From Balamuthia mandrillaris (taxonomy: Eukaryota): a DNA stretch of 64,000 nt. The stretch spans positions 124,001 to 188,000 of the forward strand of contig JAVKOQ020000037.1 of NCBI GenBank assembly GCA_031835245.2, in the 5' to 3' direction. Both the position numbers and the translations under genes were made by a program. The notes beneath the pieces are model-generated. The model was given only the letters and a program-made list of their open reading frames with translations. It was not told the origin of the DNA and ran no database searches. Numbering within the stretch: the stretch's first letter is position 1; every line of letters starts with the position of its first letter. Of this stretch, positions 31,453 through 45,045 are shown one piece after another.

Positions 31453-32343
31453 TCTCAATCTCTCTGTGTTGTTCTTCGTCCACCTTCTACTACTTACCGA
31501 ACCAACAAAACAGAATGTGCTTATGTGTTGGCGTACGCGACCATCATGCTCAATACAGATGCTCATCATATGGGAGTTCGTTATAAGATGACCAAGCAAC
31601 AGTTTCTAACCAACACCATCCAAAATGACGGCGGAGAGCTCATCTCGGTCGACCTCCTCGAAGACCTCTATTCTCGCATCGTAGAGGAAGAGGTTAGAAT
31701 GATAGAGGAGGAGGAAGACAAGAAGGAGGAAAAGAACAATAAAAAGAAGAAAGACAAAGAGAAAGAGAAGGAAAAACAGAACGGGCCGTTATTCCCTGAT
31801 GCGATGCGAAAAGGATGGATGAACGTCCGCAACAACAAGCAGCGTTTTGGCAAGTGGAAGAGAAGATGGGTCATTCTCACAAAGAACAAAGCGCACGTCA
31901 TGAAGAAGATTGGAGAGGAAGTACCTCTTTATAGCATTCCTCTGCGAGGCCTTCTGGTTTCGTGGAAACATCCCAACAATAACAACAGCAACAAAGAGAA
32001 AGAGAAAGACAAGGACAAAAAGTACCTCATTCTTCTGCATCATTATCAAGACGGATCCTCTGCTATTCAGCTATCTTCTGCTTCTTCTGCTTCTTCCTCT
32101 TCCTCTTCCTCTTCGAAAGATGAACGATTAAAAACCCGATCGAAGGAAAAGAAGGACAACAACAGCAACGGCAGCAACGAGAATAACAATAACGTGCTTC
32201 CGCCGTTAATAGGAGTGAAGGAGAGAACAACAACGTTTCTGGATGTTGGATCAGCAAAAGCTTTCGACTTGTGGTTAGCTGCCATCAACAAGAACGTCAA
32301 CAGAAGTAATCGTTTGAAGCGAGTGACCACTATGTACTTTTAA
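29095..32343 (+). CDS. Sec7 plus PH domain Arf guanine-nucleotide exchange factor (cytohesin-like architecture, long disordered N-terminus)
   Basis: GIRLFN..GIEYL..IARFL..LNKSQLG..GE, ALRKLLLTFKLPGEAQRIDRIM (glutamate finger), AYVLAYATIMLNTDAH and MTKQQF; PH domain RKGWM..KWKRRWVIL..DLWLAAI. Two introns. Confidence 0.93.
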
Positions 32344-32392
32344 AATAGTTGAAAGTAGAATGTACATTCCTTTTTTTCTGCCTCTCTTTCTT

Positions 32393-32730
32393 TTACGTTG
32401 ATGAAGAAAGTAGAAGGGAGGAAGAAGATTGGAGGCGTTGTTCAGCAGAATGAAGAGAGGAGATGAGTTGAGATAACAGGTCATCTTCTTGAAATACAGA
32501 GTCCAACTCTGGATCAAAGTAGATGTCATCCTCTTTGGTTACTGCTGTTATCTCGTCTTCCGTCTCTTCGCCTTGTGACGAAAAGTCATTAGTTTGAGAC
32601 TCTGTGGACTCCAGTTGAGTCCATTCTTCTTCGTTCTCTTCCTCGTCCTCTTCCTTTCCATTTGTTTCTTTTTGTTTTTCTAGTTCCTTACACATGGATT
32701 GTTCTACGTCGAGAGAAGAAGAAGAAGAAG

Positions 32731-32794
<64 letters not shown>

Positions 32795-33572
32795 ACAAGA
32801 ACAAGAACAAGAAGAAGAAGAACAAGAACAAGAACAAGAACAAGAACAAGAACAAGAACAAGAACAAGAACAAGAACAAGAACAAGAACAAGAACAAGAA
32901 CAAGAACAAGAGGTAGAAGAGGAAGAACAAGAAGAAGAACTAGAACCAGAAGGAGGTGAAGATGTAGGCAGCTGAGAAAAGGGTTTCAAACTAGCATAAA
33001 ACTCTTTGACTTTAGGATTAGCGGTGACCTTGTTCGCTGTGAACCCGACGGAGGTGAGACCCTCCAAGCTGCGCAGACGGGAAAGAGCAACATAGCTCTG
33101 TCCATACTCAAATATGCGTTGAAAATGAATCTCCGCTTTATCCAATGTCAGTCCCTATTTGTGTTTGCTCAACAAGATAAGAGAAAGAGAAGAGGAGAAA
33201 GGAGGAGAAAAGGAGAAAAATCAAACCTGACACTTGTGGATAGTAAGAGCCCAAGCTAGCTGCAAAGGAAGTTGCCAACGAATAGCCTCGCCATGTTGAA
33301 TACGCAGCGAAAACACTTCAGGTTCAATGATGAGTGATTCTATTTTGAAAAGAAACAACTGGTAGTCAGACTCTTTGTAAGAGACAAAAGAGAAAAGTAG
33401 AGGAGAAGGGGGAGATAATAACCTCCATTTGTGAATTGAACGATGGGAAGGTAAGCATGTCGGCTCAACCATGCGCGCCTAAGATCTCGTTCATGCAAAT
33501 GAGGATAACGTAATCCTCTGTATGCATCTTTATTGCTCCGATTTGGCACAGCAGAACTATTTTGGTGTAACA

Positions 33573-33617
<45 letters not shown>

Positions 33618-35259
33618 GATAAAGAAAGAATAAGAACCTTCCAACGAAGCCAATAATACGGCCTCGAGAACCATTAACGAGACTGCGTGACTTGTTACGC
33701 AGGAGCATTACTAAAGCGCCTTGCTTCAAGGAAATAAGGTTCCTTGCTGAGCAATTGTTGTTCATCTGTTTTGCAAGATGGCCATATAGATACGCCCTTT
33801 TATGGGCACTTATCTCTGCCTCTGGATCTACCACTATAGAATCTTTACACAAGAATATATTGAATTAGTAGAGAAGAATGAGAGAAAGAAGAAGAAAAAC
33901 GAAATCTACCATAGTTCTGATACTCATGAAGAAGACCTGGTAGGAGATTCAAGAAGCGATAGTTAAGAGCCATGGCTTCCTTGTTTGTTGGAAACAATCG
34001 AGTGGTATTATCAGAAGAAGGATCAGGTGGCTGTCTCAAATGATTGCCTTGTATCTGACGAGACCAAATGAGACTCTGAGTTCGAGCAGAACATTCCCCT
34101 CGTCTCACAGCAGAAAGCAAAGCAATGAATGAATCTGTCGTTGGAGAAGCAGCAGAAGACGAAGAAGAAGAGGAAGATGAAGAAGAAGAATCGGTGACCA
34201 ATTGTCGAAAGTTGGTGGTGAGCTCAACGATGTTATCCCCAATGCAACTAGACCAAGAACGAGCCTCAAAGCAAAACTTGGGGGATGTGGGATCTTCTTC
34301 CACCAAATCATGTGGTGATCTTCTAACCTTTTCTTTTTCTTTTCTATTTTCTTCTTCACCTTCTTCTGAACTTCTTAAACGTTCCAACGCCAACGTTTGT
34401 GGCTGTAACATTTCCGCAATATTTCTTGAAGAGTCGCCAGATGGATTCCATTCTTTGCGAGAAGCAACGGGAGGAAGTTGATAAAAGTCACCACAAAGGA
34501 CCAGTTGAATGCCGCCAAATGGCTTGTCACCAAAGGCCTGTTCCTGTCTTATGTTTCGAGCCAACTCCTCCAAAGCATCAAAGAGATCGCCGCTTATCAT
34601 GGATATCTCGTCGATGACTAATACGCGCACCATTCTCCATTCGTTACGAGCGAGACCCCACGCTTTGTTAATATCTTCGTAGGTTTCTCCTTTGCCAATA
34701 CCTTATGTTGCAAGAGGAAAGACATAAGAAAGAGGAGAAAGAAAAGAGAAGAGGAAGAAACGGTATACCAGCCCACGAATGAAGCGTTACACCTCCGATG
34801 TTAAACGCGGCGATGCCAGTGGATGCTGTGAAGACTACCTCCTCGGAACGATACCTCACCAACAGCTCCTTTCTGAGTCGATGTAATATGTGTGACTTTC
34901 CAGTACCAGCTCCACCTTTTTGAAGAGTTACATTAACGTAGGTCAGAAACGAGAGGAGAGAGCGAAGGGAAAGCGGCAGAAAGAGAAAGAGAAGGCAGAA
35001 CGAGAGACAAGCGAAGAAAGATGAGTGGGAAGAGGAATGAGACATGGAGAGCAGAGAGAAGCAGAGAAGGGAGGAGAGAACCCGTAATGAACACATTGCG
35101 TTTGTCCTGTATAACAGCACGAAGCACTTGTTGTTGCTCTGCTGACAAATCCATCACATTGTTTGCTATTGGTTTTTTTTTTCTGAACACATGAGCAAAA
35201 GCACTCAAGCAAAGCAAAGCAAGCAAAGAGAGAAAGAAAGCAAAGAAAGCAAAGAACGA

Positions 35260-35299
<40 letters not shown>

Positions 35300-35796
35300 A
35301 ACGACAAGAAAAGCGTACGCACAAGTCTCATAGTACAAATGCTTCCACACGCCGCCTTTAAAGAAGTCATGGCAGGAAAGCGCGGCATCACGCGCTAGTC
35401 CCTCCAAGTACTGCAGCTTCCAGGCAGGCACCTCCGCCGCGGCCCATGTTCGTCGATACAGTTGCCTTTCGATTCGATTTTAAAAAATGAAAATGTGAAT
35501 AGAAAAGAGGAAAAAAAAACTAACCTCCAAAGCCAATCGTCGTTGGCGAGCGAATAGAAGAAACGACAGGTGCGAGACAGAAAGCAGAGGGTGCGGGGGT
35601 CGCAGAAGGAGAGCACGTGAGCCACCACCTCGTTGGGCAAAGAGCGCCACAGCTGCGCCTCTGCCGCTCGATGCGTCACCACCACCGACATCATCGTCAT
35701 CTCTAGGAATGCCGTCGCTTTGCCCTCCTCTTCCTCTTCCTCTTCCTCTTTGGGGGGTTGGGGTGGTTGTTCGAGCGTTCCCCGCCTTCTTTTCAT
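32393..35796 (-). CDS. PIF1: F-box plus Pif1-family (SF1B) DNA helicase fusion
   Basis: F-box [40 protein letters not shown] spliced in frame to [123 protein letters not shown]. Confidence 0.9.
32716..32910. repeat. (GCA)n plus (AAGAAC)n microsatellite in the last Pif1 exon
   Basis: Encodes (SC)n and poly-Ala in the open minus-strand frame. Confidence 0.9.
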
Positions 35797-36051
35797 CTTC
35801 TGCCTTCTTTTCTTCCTTCTGTAACGGCTATATGAGGAGTCGTTGGCATCATGATGACCTCATGGATACCTAATTTAGGTAATAATGACATCAAATGGTC
35901 GACAATTACAGAAAAGTGAAAATGACGTCATATTTGTCCTTTTATAGAATAAAGTCGACAAAAATAGAACCAAATATGAAGATGATGTCATCGTGTCCAC
36001 TTTTGGGAAACGGATCCCAAAAAAAAAAACAAAAAGAAAGGAGAGAGAGAG

Positions 36052-36523
36052 ATGAGAAGAAAAACGGGGGCAGGGGAGGCGTCCTCTTCCACGACCAGAA
36101 GGCGTACCGCTGCCGCTTCTGCTGCCACAACAACAAGGGCCACCAGCACAAGAACGAGCGCTCGCGGAGGCAGGGGCAGAGGCGGCGGCGGCGGCGGGAG
36201 AGGAGGAGGACGAAGGCAAAAACCCCTATCCTTGATTTCTCTCTTCACTCACTACTTCCCTTCCAAAGAAGAGGAGGAGGACTATGAGGTGAGTGAGGCT
36301 GAACAACAACAGGAGGAGGCGGGGGAGGGAGCGCAGAAGAAGGGGCTGCTGTGGAGGTGGTTCGGCTGGGAGGACGGGCTTATGCTGTCGGTGGCGTTGG
36401 TCTACCTTTGGATCTGTCCATTCACCAAGGTGGAGGAGAGCTTCAACTTGCAGGCCACTCACGACCTTCTCTTCCACACTTCCGAGCTTGAAAAGGTTTC
36501 TCTCCCCTCTCTCCCCTCCCTCC

Positions 36524-36563
<40 letters not shown>

Positions 36564-36913
36564 TCTCTTCCTCTCTTCCTCTCTGCTTCTCTGCTTCTCG
36601 TCCCTTGCTCCCTTCTTCGCTGGTGCTCCCGTCGCTCGTTCTCTTGTCCTTCGTGTGTTCTCTTCTCTTACTTTAAAAAAAACACAAATAAAAAGTATGA
36701 CCATTTCGAGTTTCCAGGGGTGGTGCCAAGGACGTTCCTCGGCCCTCTATTTCTTTCCGGCCTCTCCTACCCGCTTCACTTGCTCTTCCAAGCACTGGAC
36801 TTGCCAAAGCTGTACACTCAGTATCTAGGTCTCGCTTTCTCGCTTCGCTCTTTGGCTTTCTCTGTTCTTGTGCTCCCGTTCTACTCTCTCCTCTCTTTTC
36901 TCGTTGCTCTTCT

Positions 36914-36955
<42 letters not shown>

Positions 36956-38923
36956 AATATCCGTGCAAAAAACAAGAGTTTGAGGAAACACACAAGTGTT
37001 TTGTTCAATGAAGCTTTTGTTCCAGATCGGATGACAGCAAACCAAGCAGCATATTCCTATCACAGTCGAGGCAGCCTTTGTTTAAAACTGCTCTTCTGTT
37101 CATTTATTTTTGCTGCAACATTCTCCCTCCCTTGTCTTTCCCTCTCTTCCCTCTACCTCTCTTCTTTCTTTGTTGTTCTGATGATTATGTTCAATTTACA
37201 GTGAGAGGAGTGATGGCGATGATCACAACAGTGGGATTGGCTTTCTTTCGACGGGCCATCGGCAAAGCTTTTGGCAAAGACACGGCACGAGCGTTTGCTC
37301 TCATTACCTGTTCCCAGTTTCATCTTCTCTTCTATTCTAGCCGTACTCTCCCTAACTGCTTTGCTCTCTGGTTTGGTTTGTATTCTCTCTTATCTCTCCT
37401 TTTGCTATTAACTTCTTACCTTTTTTTATTGCGATAAAAGTATTATTCGGGTATGCTTTTTGGCTTCGGAACAAGTGGTTCGCCACAACGTTTTTGTTCG
37501 TGATAGCGACAGCCATATTTCGTAGCGAGTTGGTGCTGCTGTACACACCAATGGCGGTCGAAGCTTTGATCAAGAAACGGGTTCGCCTTCCACAGTTGGT
37601 TCTTTATGGCTTCGGCTCTCTCTTCTTATGTCTCGGTTTGTTCTCGGCTCTTGTTCTTTTTCTTCTTCTTGTTCTTCTTGTTCTTGTTCTTGTTCTTCTT
37701 CTTCTTCCTTGTAATGTCTTTCCTTGCTTTCTTTTTCTATTCACTGCAACTAATATAAGTTATTGTTATCAGCTATTGCAATTCCCATTGATTCGTTCTT
37801 TTGGCAACGTTGGTTATGGCCAGAAGCTGAGGTATTCTACTTTAATACTTTTTTGAACAAGAGCAGCGAATGGGGGGTACGTTCTCTCTCTCTCTCTCTC
37901 TCATTCATCTTCATTCCATTCCTTCTTATATATTTGCCTTCCCAAAAAGACCTCACCATGGTATTGGTATGTTACTTCGGCTTTACCAAGAGCGTTGTTG
38001 GGCAGTCTCTTCCTTATCCCAATCGGAATTTTCCATGACCACCTTCGCTTCACGTCCATTCCGTATAGCAAGGTAACTGCATCGTTTGCTTTTGGCTTTT
38101 TTTTTTGTGCTGGTGTTGAAACTAAGATCAATGAACAGGAGAGAATGTTTGTGATATCATCCTTCGTTGCAGCCAGCGTTTACGTCGCGCTGTACTCTCT
38201 CCTCCCTCACAAAGAACTTCGCTTCATCTTCTACGCGATTCCTCTTTACAACGTCGTCGCTGCCTTTGGCATCACTTACCTGTACATAGAACTTTCTTGC
38301 TTCTTCCTTTCTTCTTGTCCTTTAAACTCAGTCTCTCTAAACTTTTTTCTTCTTAAAAATAGGAGTCGAAGAAAAGCATTATCATTCGTGTTTAAAGCGG
38401 CGTATTTTCTGGCCGTGCTTCTCCTCGTCGTTTCCTTCCTTCTCTCCATGTTCCTTCTCTTCATTTCTTCCTTCAACTATCCCGGCGGTTATGCTTTTCT
38501 CTCTCTTCACAAGAACGAGGAGTTCTTGGCGCAACCGGCTCACGTTCACATAGACGTTTACAGCGCAATGACAGGCGTCTCTCGTTTCGGCGAACTTTAT
38601 ACCTCTCGTGGATGGAGGTTTGATCTCTCTCTTTCCTCTCTGTCTCTCTATCCTCTGTTCTGTATTTTATAAAAAGAGAAAGAGTGGCTAAATATTTGTA
38701 TAACAGCTACAGCAAAGAAGAGAACCCGAGTGATTACAGTCAATTTACGCACCTGCTGGTAGAGGCAGCGGCCAACAGGAATGCAACCGCGCAAAAGTAC
38801 CCAGAGTTTGCGGTGTTTGATCAAGCCCCACGCTTCACTTCCGTGGAGTGGGGCTTTCCTCCGTACGTCGGGCTTGACATGGGCGTTCTTTTGCTCAAAC
38901 GAAAGGATCTCTTCTCTTCTTAA
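36052..38923 (+). CDS. ALG12: Dol-P-Man alpha-1,6-mannosyltransferase
   Basis: [107 protein letters not shown]. Confidence 0.96.
36954..37123 (+). ncRNA. Candidate intronic box H/ACA snoRNA
   Basis: In an unusually long ALG12 intron: hairpin 1 (ATCCG/CGGAT; ACAAGAGTTT/AAGCTTTTGT), H box ACAGCA at 37034-37039, hairpin 2 (GCAGCA/TGCTGC; ACAG/CTGT; GCAG/CTGC), ACA at 37118-37120. Confidence 0.6.
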
Positions 38924-38950
38924 TTTCTTTCTTCATCAGAAATTGTTTTT

Positions 38951-40949
38951 TCAAGTGGAAGATGATAGATGAGAAAGAAGTTGGTGGATTTCAGGGAGGA
39001 CGTTCACTGGGCGAACGTGAAATGCTCTTAACAGAATCTTTGGAGAAACGAGTGTAGTTGTTGAAGAAGAGGAAGAAGAGGAAGTCATGATTTGAATCGT
39101 CTTTTCTTTTGCTTCCAGTTCTCTTCTATTGTTGTGTTGTCTGCGTTGAATGGGTTCGAAGTATACCGTTAACCCCCGTTGAAAGGTCTCTCTTTGGACG
39201 TAGCTTATGAGGCGTGTTATCCATTCGCCGCTGATGCCAACGTGCTCTTCTCCGTCCAACAATTTTCGATAGTTTATCTGTTGTTCTGTTTTGTGGGAGA
39301 GAAAAAAAAATGGTGAGTGAACGGAAGAATGATTGATGAAAGAAGAAAGAAGGTGAAGAACAAGGCGAGGAAGAAGAAACGCAAGAACGAACCAGGCAAC
39401 CAAATGGTGCAGCCATTTTGATTCTGAAAGAAGATTTTGATAGAACCCACTTTGCTGCTTTCTTCCCGCAGTTCAGCCAAAAAACTAACAAAGAAGGAGA
39501 ATCAGTAATGTTTACAGCAGAGAAGGAAAGAGAAAGTGGATGAAGACAAAGAAGGATGTACTCGGCACTAAAATCAAGCAATGACCATGCAGCGTGGTCA
39601 TAGAGATAAAGGTAAGCCTGGGCAGAGCCATCATCGATGGTGCATACCACCTCTAAAGTGAACTCAAACCGGTCGTCCGAGGGCAACATCATCTCATTCT
39701 CTCCTCTGGACGATGGCGCGAATGTTACTCTATTTTCGCATAAAGCTCCACCACAAAGCCCTTCTCTGTTTACTTCGTGACGACAGCTTTTACATCTGAT
39801 ATCAAAGATCAAAAGAGTGCAACAAAGAGTACAGCAAATAAAAGAAGAAAGCGAAACCTCCAAATAGCTTTTACGTTACGGAAGCCAACAACGCTGCATA
39901 ACGCTTTATAAAGGGTGGGTGCTGAGGGCGTGTCAGTGTTGAACGTTGATAAGAAACAGGACTGTGCTTTGTCCATTCTTGTGCGTTCTCTGCATTCCGT
40001 TCAAGGTGAAGGTAAGAGGAATTAAAAAAAATATGGAAATAACAAAAGCAGGGGAGAAAAGATACGAACTCCTCAGTAAACTTTCTGAATAACGAAATGG
40101 TTGAACGACTCTTTGTTTCTCTTTCCTTATCAGAAGAAGAAGCTAATCTGGATGAGCCTTTCACATGATGCTGTTGCTGTTGTTGCTTGACGAGGATGCA
40201 TGTTGAAGGTACAACCTTGAACTGGATACTATGCTTCTTAAAATGGTTGTCTCCGAGAAAGAGGAGATCGTCAAACTGAACCTGAGCGCCTTCGATGATA
40301 CCTACTGGAAAGTCATGAAGAAGGCTGCTCAGTTTCACCATGACGACATCGTTTTCCGGAGTGAAGAAGCCTTGTTCGTTCTTCTTTGATAACAAGAGAC
40401 ATTCCAGCAGAAAGGAACAAGAATGGAATGGATTGGGTCCACGTGTCGAGAGAATAGGGTGACGATGTTGGTGAGGTTTTTGTGACATTGAAGCATGCCA
40501 CTGAAAGAAAGAGGAATTTTGTTTGAAGGAGATGCGTTGCACCTGCACACGAATCGAAACTAACGCGTCTCTCCCGGATTGTATTTCTTGCTTAAAACTT
40601 TAAAAGGATGGTTTGAAACGGTTTAGAAAAGAAGAAGGACAGAAGAGATAACGAGAGAACAAATTTTGGAAAAAAAAAAGGCAACAAACAAAAAAAAACT
40701 AACAAAAGAAACAAACGATAACTTTACCTGTTAAGTTGTTCAAGTTTTGCGCTTTTGACCTGAGCTCTCAATCGACTATATTCCTTTATCAGTGACAACG
40801 AAACGTTGAGCCGTTGTTTGGGTTCGTTGCTTGACAGTTTATGTTCAGGAAATGAAGTTCCATCAGGCGACCTGAAGACAATAGGCAAAATGCGTGTCGC
40901 TTCTCCAACAGAATACTTTTGCTCTCTGTTTGTAGAACCTTTTTTTTTT

Positions 40950-40983
<34 letters not shown>

Positions 40984-43900
40984 GGATAACTATTAGAACA
41001 AGTAAACAAAAGAAAAAGCAAATCGCGAGGCGCCTCTTCAATAGATAATGAACTGAGGAAAAGAAAACAAACCAAACCAAGTGGAATCATAAACCAAAGA
41101 AACATCAGTAATAGCATAACATTTGCCAGGTTGCATGGCGGAATAGTTTCGAAGAAGAGCGGCATTGTTAAAAACTTCAAACTCCACGACAACATTACCT
41201 CGAAGCTCATTGAAACTTAAGGACAAAGTTTCTTTCTCAGCATCTCGTACAAGAGACAAGGCGCGAATGGTGAAACGACAATAGGTTGGTTGTTTAGAGG
41301 ATCGTTCAGTTGGTTGTTGTGCCGGTGAAGAAGTAGGCGGAATAATTGAAAGACTGCGAGGTCCTATTGCTTTTTGTACAATCTTTTTTGTGTGTTGTAG
41401 AAACAGAATCAGAAGAGAAGACAAGCAAGGGGGAGCAGAGAAGAGAAAGAGACAGAGAGAAGAGCACACGCACGAGAAGAAAGATAGTTTCCTTTGGTCG
41501 GAGATGTTCAGGAATGTAGCTTTGTAAATTCCAAGAAGCAAACGCAGACGAAAACGAGGAAACAGAAGGCATCATCTTCTTGCTCTTCTTCGTCTCCAAA
41601 AATGTAACTATTCCAGTTTTTGCCCGGTTTCGCGTTATAGCTTTCTGAAATGTTGATTGCAGCAAAGAGGTAGAAGTCGTATCTTCTTGTTTACTACTGC
41701 GATTCCCTTCCGAGGGTGCGGCCAGACAAAAGACTCCATCGCTTTGCATCTTGAATTGTAGGAAGTACCGCACTATGACAGGAGTAGGACAATGGTCTTT
41801 GTTTGGTGTTGGATGTAACGAAGAGTGTTGAATGACAATCGTAAAGTCTCGGATGAACAACATTGTTCCAGCAGAGAGATGGCAGAGGTCCACCCCTTTA
41901 GCATCCACCGCTATAGTTCCAGTGTTGTCCTTTAGCTCTAAACCAGCCGATAGATCGCCTTGTAGATGCCCAACTATTATCCATTTCATTCCCAATTCTG
42001 TTGACGACACCGCTCCTGAAAGTCGATTTTGTTAGAATGAGGAACGTATACATAGACAGAGAAAGAAGGTACGTTGGTTGATCCGCAAAGCTTCTAGCGA
42101 ATAATTGTGATGAGAAGAAGAAGAAGAAGAAGAAGAAGAATAAGAAGAAGAAGAAGAAGAACAAGCACAAGAAGAAGAAGAATAAGAGGAAGAAAAGGAA
42201 GAAGAAGAACAAGAAGAAGGACATAGTTTGGTCTCTATGTATCGCTGTAACTGCGCGATGGTGGGAAGTTGGGTAGCAGCGATTGGAATGGGACGAGCTA
42301 TCTGACAGCATTGATGATGGTGCGTGAACTCGCTCCAAATATTCCGTTGATAAGGTGTGAAGGGTAATAATGATGAATGTAACAACCACCACAATATACC
42401 TTCTGTATGCTTACCCTAAGTAAAGAACAACGTCAGAAGAGAAAAAGTGAGATGAGAAAGACAAATAGATAATACGTTGCGACCCAGAATAAGCTTATTG
42501 TTATGCCCCACTTTTTGCTGCAATTGTTCATAAATCCGTATAAGCCTTCAAAGGAGAGAAGAGAGAGAGAGAAAGAGAGAGAAGGAGAAAGAGAAACGAC
42601 GAAATAGAGAGAGAGATTAGCGTAGGTTTAAGAAAAAAGAAAAAGATAAATAGAAAGCACAAACCAAGAAGTGGTTACAAGATTACTTTGTAGGAAGTAC
42701 GGATAAAAGGGGCTTCGTTGTAACAGCAGTGGTAGGAATGGTTCATTCCACGGTGAGAACGAAACCACCTCCAAATGTCCATAATTACACAGTCCAAAAC
42801 CCTCAAACAACACTTGAATCTCTTCTTGTTCTGCATCTCTTTCTTCGAATGGAGTGAAGCGAGGTAAGAACAGAAGATGTGCGTTGTGCAGCGCTATTGT
42901 GGTGCCTACACGTAACCCTCTGCCAAAGTTGCGACAGTGGTGATGTGTGAGGAAGAGTCGTGCTGTTTTTGGGGTTGTTGGTGGGACGGATGTTGAATCA
43001 TCTGTCGTTTGGGCTAACTCGACTTCAAAGACTCCGTGTCGCAGATATGCTGTTATTCTTCCAACAAAGGGTTCGACTCTTTTTTCTATGTCGGCTTCCT
43101 CTTCTTCCTCTTCCTTTTCTTTTCCTTTATCTTTGGTTTTGGAAGAAGAGGAAAGAAAAACGATTCGGGTGGCTTTGCTAATCACCCAACATGCTTGCTT
43201 CCTTCTTTTTTGTTGAGCTTGTTGAAGACGAACATTCTCTCTCATAGCAGAATAACAGGGTGCAGCAAACGTCATCGTTTGTTCTCGTAAATGAGTGAAG
43301 AGCATGACTTCGTTCGGTCGTAGAAAAGGATGCCACCGAAGTCCGTGCCTATCCGTAAATACCAACAGCAATCGTTTGTTCTCCTGACCTTCTTCCATGT
43401 CAGAAAGTTCTACCAAAAAGCTGCTGGAGTTGTTGTTTCTTCTGTCGTTGGTGTCGTTGTGGGTAGGATGGTGAGAGATCACGGGACTAATGGCACTTAT
43501 TTTGCCCATCACATGAACTCGTTTTGATTCTTTCTTGGTGGTATTATTGTAGGTTTGTTTCGTTCCGTGTTGTTCTTCGCTTTGTTGTTGCAAAACTTGC
43601 GACACAGTAGACCAAAACGGGACTTTCTTCTTGTTTCTCTTTCTTTTCTTGTTGTGGATTGTTTTGTATTTCTGGCCTTCATCCAATAGACTGACACGCT
43701 TTGGAAGAGGCCAAAGCGGCACACAACGTGCGACTTCCAGATATCCTTCGTCTTTTAGTTTCTCTTCTCTCACTTGTTCCTCTCCTTTCTCAGTCTCTTT
43801 CTCTTTCTCCTTCCCTTTCTCCTTCTCTATTAGTTTTCCTTTGCCTGCTCCATTGTCGTTTCGTTCGTTTTGTCGATGTGAGGAAGTAGAAGTCGAAGAG

Positions 43901-45045
43901 GTTGATGCAGGAACATAAGTCCATGAGGTGAGCAACAACAGTTGATCCAGGAAACAGGGATTTGGCCGAAGACATTCACAACTCAAACTACCCGTTGCAT
44001 CTCTTAGTATAAGTTGAGAAGCAGAGGATGAAGGTGAAGAAGAAGATGATAACGTGGCCAACACTAACAAATGTTTCAAAGGGATGAGGCGACGAGGGTG
44101 AGGAAGAGAAGAACACGAAGAAAGAGTGGATGTTTCGTTGCTGCTGCTTTGTTCTGTCCTTCTCCTTCTTCGTTTGAGACTAGTTCTTCTTCGTTTACTT
44201 TTGTTTGTTGGCGTGTCAAAAATGGCTTTACGTAGTGGAGAAGAAGCAGCAGAGTTGGAAGCAGAACAGTGAAGTGGCGGAAAAGGAGAATGAAGAGGAG
44301 CTGTAGTAGATGGAGAAACGGACGAAGGAGAAAAAGATGCAGAAGCAGCCGAAGCAGGAAACGAAGGAGATGGAAGAAGAACGAGAGGATTAAAAGGAGA
44401 TGGAAGAGCAGAAGGCAATGAAATAGGTGAAAGCGGGGATAGAGGTGGAGGAGGTTGCATCGAGGTGGAAGAAGAAGAAGCAACGTTGTTTGAATCCAGA
44501 AAAGAGAAGAGAGAGGAAGAAGTCAGCGGAGGGAATTCTTGTCGACACGATGAAAAATGTGAAGCCTCTTGCTCTTGCTGTGGCGGTGGAGGCGGAGAGG
44601 AAGAAGAAGAGAAGGAAGTATCCGCCGAAGAGGATGAGAGCAGAAGAGAATCGTCCGCACCGTCTTCATCGCCATCCGCTGCCACTTGCTCCTCCTCGTT
44701 CTCGGAGAGAAACACCTGCTCCAAAGAGGAGGACACAAAGACAGGGCACCGTTTCAGCTGCTCCATCGAAACCAGTTGCAAAGAGATAGGGAGGCAGGAA
44801 AACTTTTCTCCCTCTTCTGGTTCTTCGCTCAAAGCCGCTCTTCTCTCCTCCATCAACCGAAGAAGGAGCTGCTGACACGCTTGCAAACAAGAGCGAGTAG
44901 CGGTTGTTTTTGGAAGGTCTAGCGTTTGTTGCACGGTCACAAAGAGATGGAGGAGCCATTGCTTCTCTCTGGACACCAACTCGGAGGCCTCGCTGAGAAC
45001 GGTGGTTGCGGTCCACCGCACCAATTCCCCAAACTCTTCCTCCAT
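38951..45045 (-). CDS. CTC1: CST complex subunit CTC1-like (multi-OB-fold telomere/replication protein)
   Basis: Repeated OB-fold signatures LILRDATGSLSC, VHVMGKISAISPV..FLVEL..RWHPFL, RLFLTH..GLRVG..LHNAHLL..GLC..VVSFS, RNIWSEF..H..C, IIVGHL..LELKDNTGTI, FPVGIIEGAQVQF and TIDDGSAQA with a CxxC..C zinc-site-like pattern. Size and order fit CTC1. Confidence 0.72.

Noticed and set aside
32393..35796. Pif1 as part of a Helitron
   Set aside because: No Rep/HUH motifs or recognisable Helitron termini; intron-rich gene tightly embedded among housekeeping genes.
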